DNA of 64,000 nucleotides, from the NCBI RefSeq assembly GCF_006345805.1, contig NC_043000.1, positions 158,720,001 through 158,784,000 on the forward strand, read 5' to 3'. Shown piece by piece: positions 60,188-64,000 of this stretch (within the stretch, counting starts at the first letter, position 1; every line of letters starts with the position of its first letter). Under the pieces are notes generated by a model, which saw only the letters and a list, made by a program, of their open reading frames with translations, searched no databases and was not told the origin of the DNA. Origin of the DNA: Octopus sinensis (Eukaryota). The translations under genes and the position numbers were made by a program.

Positions 60188-61490
60188 ATGGCAACAAAAA
60201 AAATAAAAATACTGTCTTGGAGTGGGAAATTGTGCCCCCCAAGCAGTGGGTAAAGGACTTTAATAAGAAAGTGGTGGTAATGAGGACATATTCCAAGTCC
60301 CTCGACTCCATCAGTGTGTTCTTTCAAGTAGATATTGAGAAGGAGCTGGCAGAATACCTGCCAAACATCAAGTTTATTGCAAGGGCTGTCAAATATGCAA
60401 CAGTGTGGTTGCTATTTGATACCCCCGAGAAGGCACGCATTTTTGCGAGCCAGCCCCTGAAAGGAGACAAAATTCTGTTTCCGCCTACATATCGTAGAAG
60501 GAAAGTGACAAGATCTTGGGCGTGTGGCCTGCCTCCAGGAATAGAGCCCGAGTGGATAGAGGATCCGATCCGCCGGGGTCTGAGTGACAGCGGTGCCAAA
60601 CTCTTAAATGTCAAAATGATGCCTGCGGCTGATTGGGTGTGGTTAAAAGCGCTTTTGACCCTGTGGTACCAGTCAGCCGATGATCTGGTGTTCCCACATT
60701 TTTTTAGGATGGCCGGGTCCAGCTATCCGGGGATTCTTGAAGGATACCCCCCCCCCAGTGTCATCACTGCCTAGAGCCTGGCCACATGAAAAAGAACTGT
60801 CCCAAGGACCAGAGCAGGGTACTGGAGCAGTTAGTTGTGGAAGAACCCTCTCCTCCTCCGGAACGAAAGATGCAGGAGGAGAGAGGGACCTCCCCCAAAA
60901 CATGGGGAGAAAAAGGAAGAAGGGGAGCAACAATGGTTGCTCTCCGTGGGATCCCAGGGTTGCGGGAGGAAGCGAGATTCCTGCGGTTATGGCGAAGGAG
61001 CCAACCCCTCCCGCACCAGAGATTTAAAAAAAGAGAGAAAAAAGAATGGGAATGCCGGAGGTATGCAGTGTACTACCGGCATGTCCCGAGGCCTCTTCGG
61101 TGGGAATCATGCCACCGACAGAGGAAACTGTGACCACGTCGGTTGTGCCACCGGCAGAGAAAGAAACACCATTGGCGGGAATTGTGCCGCCAATGGTAGA
61201 ATTGATTACCTGGACCCGGAGGAAGACAAATTATTAATATTCTTCTACACATGTGGAGAGGTAGAAAAGGGAATGGAAAAAACTATAAGGGAATACCTTT
61301 AACTTTCACACGGGAACCCGAATGGCCACCGCAGATAGCTGTAGAGGCAATAACGTTGATGGATTATACAAGAGGATTACCACTTGTGGCCGGGCTACGC
61401 CGACTCGGAGCCCGCCTTGGTTTTAAACGAGGCATGGGTAATGGCGAAGGCGTGGTAATGGCGGGCACAAGCGATGTTGGGGAGGAAAAT
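60188..61490 (+). pseudogene. Gag-like ORF1 (RRM-like region and CCHC zinc knuckle), frameshifted
   Basis: Kozak-like CAAGCATGG at 60188 joins the long frame if the A8 run (60196-60203) had one more A. Knuckle CHHCLEPGHMKKNC at 60759-60800 joins if the C10 run (60747-60756) were C8 or C11. Confidence 0.75.
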
Positions 61491-61553
61491 TGACAAGAGG
61501 CTGAAACGCCTCAGTGTTATAATGCTTAAGTGTGTAAAAGGCTCAGCGTCTCA

Positions 61554-61830
61554 ATTTGTAAATGGTCTGTTAAGTCCAAAAATTGTAAAAACCGAAGTAA
61601 GAGGTTCAATACCTCGTTTTGTTTTTTGTGTAAAAAAATAATAATCTTTTAATTTTTAAATGGACTATTAAGTACAATATTTGTAAAAATGGGAGAGGTT
61701 CAGTACCTTTGTCTCTTTTTGCGTTAAAAATAATAATATTTCTATTTGTAAATGGACTTTAAGTCCAATAATTGTAAAACGGAAGTAAGAGGTTCAATAC
61801 CTCGGTTTGTTTCTTGTATAAAAACTAATG
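61554..61830 (+). repeat. Three ~92-98-bp diverged tandem repeats in the 3'UTR
   Basis: ATTT(G/T)TAAATGG...GAGGTTCA.TACCT starts at 61554, 61652 and 61744. Confidence 0.9.
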
Positions 61831-62385
61831 TTCTAGAGAAGCAAAGAATCAGCGGGTTTTTTTTTGTCTTCTCCCATCAATATCATTTTATTTCATCATT
61901 CATCTCATCAATGTTTCTGTCCAGTCCGCAAGCTACTCTGTATCATGCTTTTATGGCAAAATTTATTGAAATAAAGTAGCTTGCTTACCAACCACAGGGT
62001 TTCGGGTTCAGTCCCACTGCATGGCATCTCGGGCAAATCTCTTCCACAAAACCTAGTGAGTGTATTTGGTAGACGAAAACTGAAAGAAGCCCGTCGTTTA
62101 TAGATGTGTGTGTGTTTGTGTGTCTATGTTTGTTTCCCCACCATCGCTTGACAACCTATGCTGGTGTGTTTACGTCCCCGTAGCCCAGCAATTCGGCAAA
62201 AGGGACCGATATAATAAGCTCTAGTCTTACAAAGAATGAGTCCAGGGGTCGATTTGTTCGACCAAAGGTGGTGCTTCAGCATGGCCGTAGTCAAATAACT
62301 GAAACGAGTAGAAGAATAAATGAATATTAATTCATAATATATATATATATTATATATATATATATAATATATATATAATTGTATA

Positions 62386-62913
62386 TAATAGAAATATTAA
62401 AATAACTAAGTCTCTCTAAAAGAGAACGCGGCAGCGTTCCCGGAAAATAATAGTTATCGCCATACTAATATGGCATTCTTATAAAAATAAGAAAAAAGCT
62501 GTCCGCTTATTAGCTCCATGAGGCCATCGCCTTAAGTTAGCTATTTGATACACAAACTGTATCCATATAACCGCTGTTCTCTTTTAGAGAGACTTAGTTA
62601 TTTTAATATTTCTATTATTGAAAACAAGTGGATGTATTCCACCGAAACTAGGTAAATAAAGCCATCGAACAGAGATTGTCGGAAGCGACACCTACTGGCT
62701 GGCTACGCTGCATTGAAAAGGGGCAATACCCCGAAACGCGTCTGTAGCTGCCGGTCAAGTAGTGTGGAGCGACTGACCTCCTTGTTCGAAGGTTATATGG
62801 ATACAGTTTGTGTATCAAATAGCTAACTTAAGGCGATGGCCTCATGGAGCTAATAAGCGGACAGCTTTTTTCTCATTTTTATAAGAATGCCATATTAGTA
62901 TGGCGATAACTAT

Positions 62914-62916
<3 letters not shown>
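62386..62916. mobile_element. Young hammerhead unit with diverging arms (A'-linker-B'-A-HHR-B), 360-nt monomer
   Basis: 62386-62427 is the perfect inverse of 62576-62617 (42/42), and 62447-62572 is the inverse of 62791-62916 (125/126). Flanked by TA-rich tracts. Confidence 0.9.
62707..62748 (+). ncRNA. Minimal type I hammerhead ribozyme with compensatory U3-A8 core pair
   Basis: GCUGCA-UUGAAAA-GGGG-CAAUA-CCCC-GAAA-CGCG-UC-UGUAGC. Stem I 6 bp, stem II 4 GC bp, palindromic stem III ACGCGU, GUC triplet; predicted cleavage after C62742. Confidence 0.85.
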
Positions 62917-62963
<47 letters not shown>

Positions 62964-62965
<2 letters not shown>

Positions 62966-63462
62966 CTGTAGTTGTGTGAGTGTCTGTCTCCTACGATTTA
63001 GATTCCTAACTCCTCCCACATTTTGCGGTGCAGTTCACCAAATTCGGTATCTTATAGTCGTGATTAATATCGAGCCCCTCTGGCTATTAGCGCGCGTCTA
63101 CGATGAGTCTACGATTTTAAAAATAATTTAGCATAATTTTTTATTCCATTTTAATGCATAATTTTCGTGTGTCGATGGCGGCGGAGTTGGCGTCCACGCT
63201 CAAACACCTGCACCTGTGTTTGCTTCTCCTCCTTCTTCCCTCCCTCGTGAAGCTGTGGGGAAGGGAGTTTAAGAAAATCAACGTCGTAATGCGTTGTCAA
63301 GGACACCAGCGTTCTTTTAGAACAACGACTTCATGGCTTGAAGACACCAAAACAGAAATGGCTAAGAAAAGCCGAATTGGCATCTATAAAGGAAGTAACT
63401 CTCTAAAAATGCTTATATAGTTATTCCCTTACAACCCGAGCAACGCCGGGCGATACTGCTAG
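62964..63462 (+). mobile_element. Non-autonomous Helitron, second copy with different internal segment
   Basis: Homologous to 30329-30727 at both ends, with the same hairpin and CTAG|T. The 5' TC is obscured by (TA)n. About 230 bp at ~63165-63390 is absent from copy 1. Confidence 0.85.
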
Positions 63463-63569
63463 TATATATATATATATTATATATGTATGTAGGTCCCGGT
63501 TGAATGGGGGTTAACCACAGTAAATAGGTACTCAATACATAGCAGAGTAAAATTAATTTATTATATAGG

Positions 63570-63619
63570 AGCTTCTACGGGACTAGAACTGTTCATTCAA
63601 GAGAAATCATCAGGAAGCT
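63570..63619 (-). ncRNA. Decayed hammerhead
   Basis: AGCUUC-CUGAUGA-UUUC-UCUU-GAAU-GAAC...GUA-GAAGCU. Perfect 6-bp stem I and 5' core, but GAAA is shortened and stem III decayed. Confidence 0.4.
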
Positions 63620-63878
63620 AGTTAACAAGAATTGTTTTGGCATTTATACATTAGGCAGGTTTAAAGGGGTGGTGGTGGGGGACTTTTTGGGGGTAGGCAT
63701 AGCGCAAAAATATCATACTTAGGGGAGTGGTCAAGGAGTCAGTGGTAAATTAGATAAAAGAATAAATAAAAGAATAAAAAAATAAATAGAAGAATAGAGT
63801 TTTAGGTAAATAAGGAGATTCTCACTTATACATATACACATATGTAGATATATACACACACACACAATACATACACAC

Positions 63879-63926
<48 letters not shown>

Positions 63927-64000
63927 ATATACCCACGCCCACACATACATATACACACAAATATATACATACACACACATACACATACACACATACACAC

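Larger units (their letters stand above)
59617..61973 (+). mobile_element. ORF1-only non-LTR retrotransposon (Tx1/L1-type, HAL1-like) with 17-bp TSD
   Basis: TSD AAGTA(A/G)CTTGCTTACCA at 59600-59616 and 61974-61990. Contains a 5'UTR with 18-bp repeats, a gag-like ORF1 and a 3'UTR with ~95-bp repeats ending at AATAAA. No EN or RT motifs seen. Confidence 0.85.
59572..62320 (+). mobile_element. SINE family A split into 59572-59616 and 61974-62320 by a 2.36-kb insertion
   Basis: The head stops at ...AAGTAACTTGCTTACCA and resumes at AAGTAGCTTGCTTACCAACCAC. Confidence 0.88.

Overview
AT-rich, microsatellite-dense eukaryotic genomic DNA, almost all transposon-derived. The SINE families and repeat landscape suggest an octopus/cephalopod, which is my inference and was not searched. 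I cannot support any host protein-coding gene. Most short ORFs in the track are microsatellite or antisense artefacts. Well-supported contents: (1) a complete ~6.1 kb Helitron (37344-43485, minus; TC...hairpin-CTAG ends, A|T target) with a near-intact RepHel ORF that carries an N-terminal array of 23-aa STPR-like repeats, plus two short non-autonomous Helitrons with the same 3' end; (2) two internally deleted mariners and a dead DD37D (maT) element; (3) fragments of Tx1/L1, RTE, R4/Dong and Penelope-like (PLE) retrotransposons; (4) four tRNA-headed SINE families, several with TSDs or nested insertions; (5) a TSD-flanked, ORF1-only 2.36 kb non-LTR element (HAL1-like) and a decayed second one. 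The most striking signal is non-coding. Several sequence-unrelated units carry type I hammerhead ribozyme (HHR) cores with palindromic stem III: core intact at 48.6/49.9 kb and 33.9 kb, a compensatory U3-A8 variant at 62.7 kb, and decayed copies at 36.1, 47.6 and 63.6 kb. Three of these units can be sized at ~350-370 nt. They lie in tandem or diverging-arm arrangements; at 62.4 and 35.8 kb the segment order requires a circular or multimeric template, i.e. a PLE/retrozyme-like system. All alignments, folds and coordinates were done by eye and may be off by a few bases.
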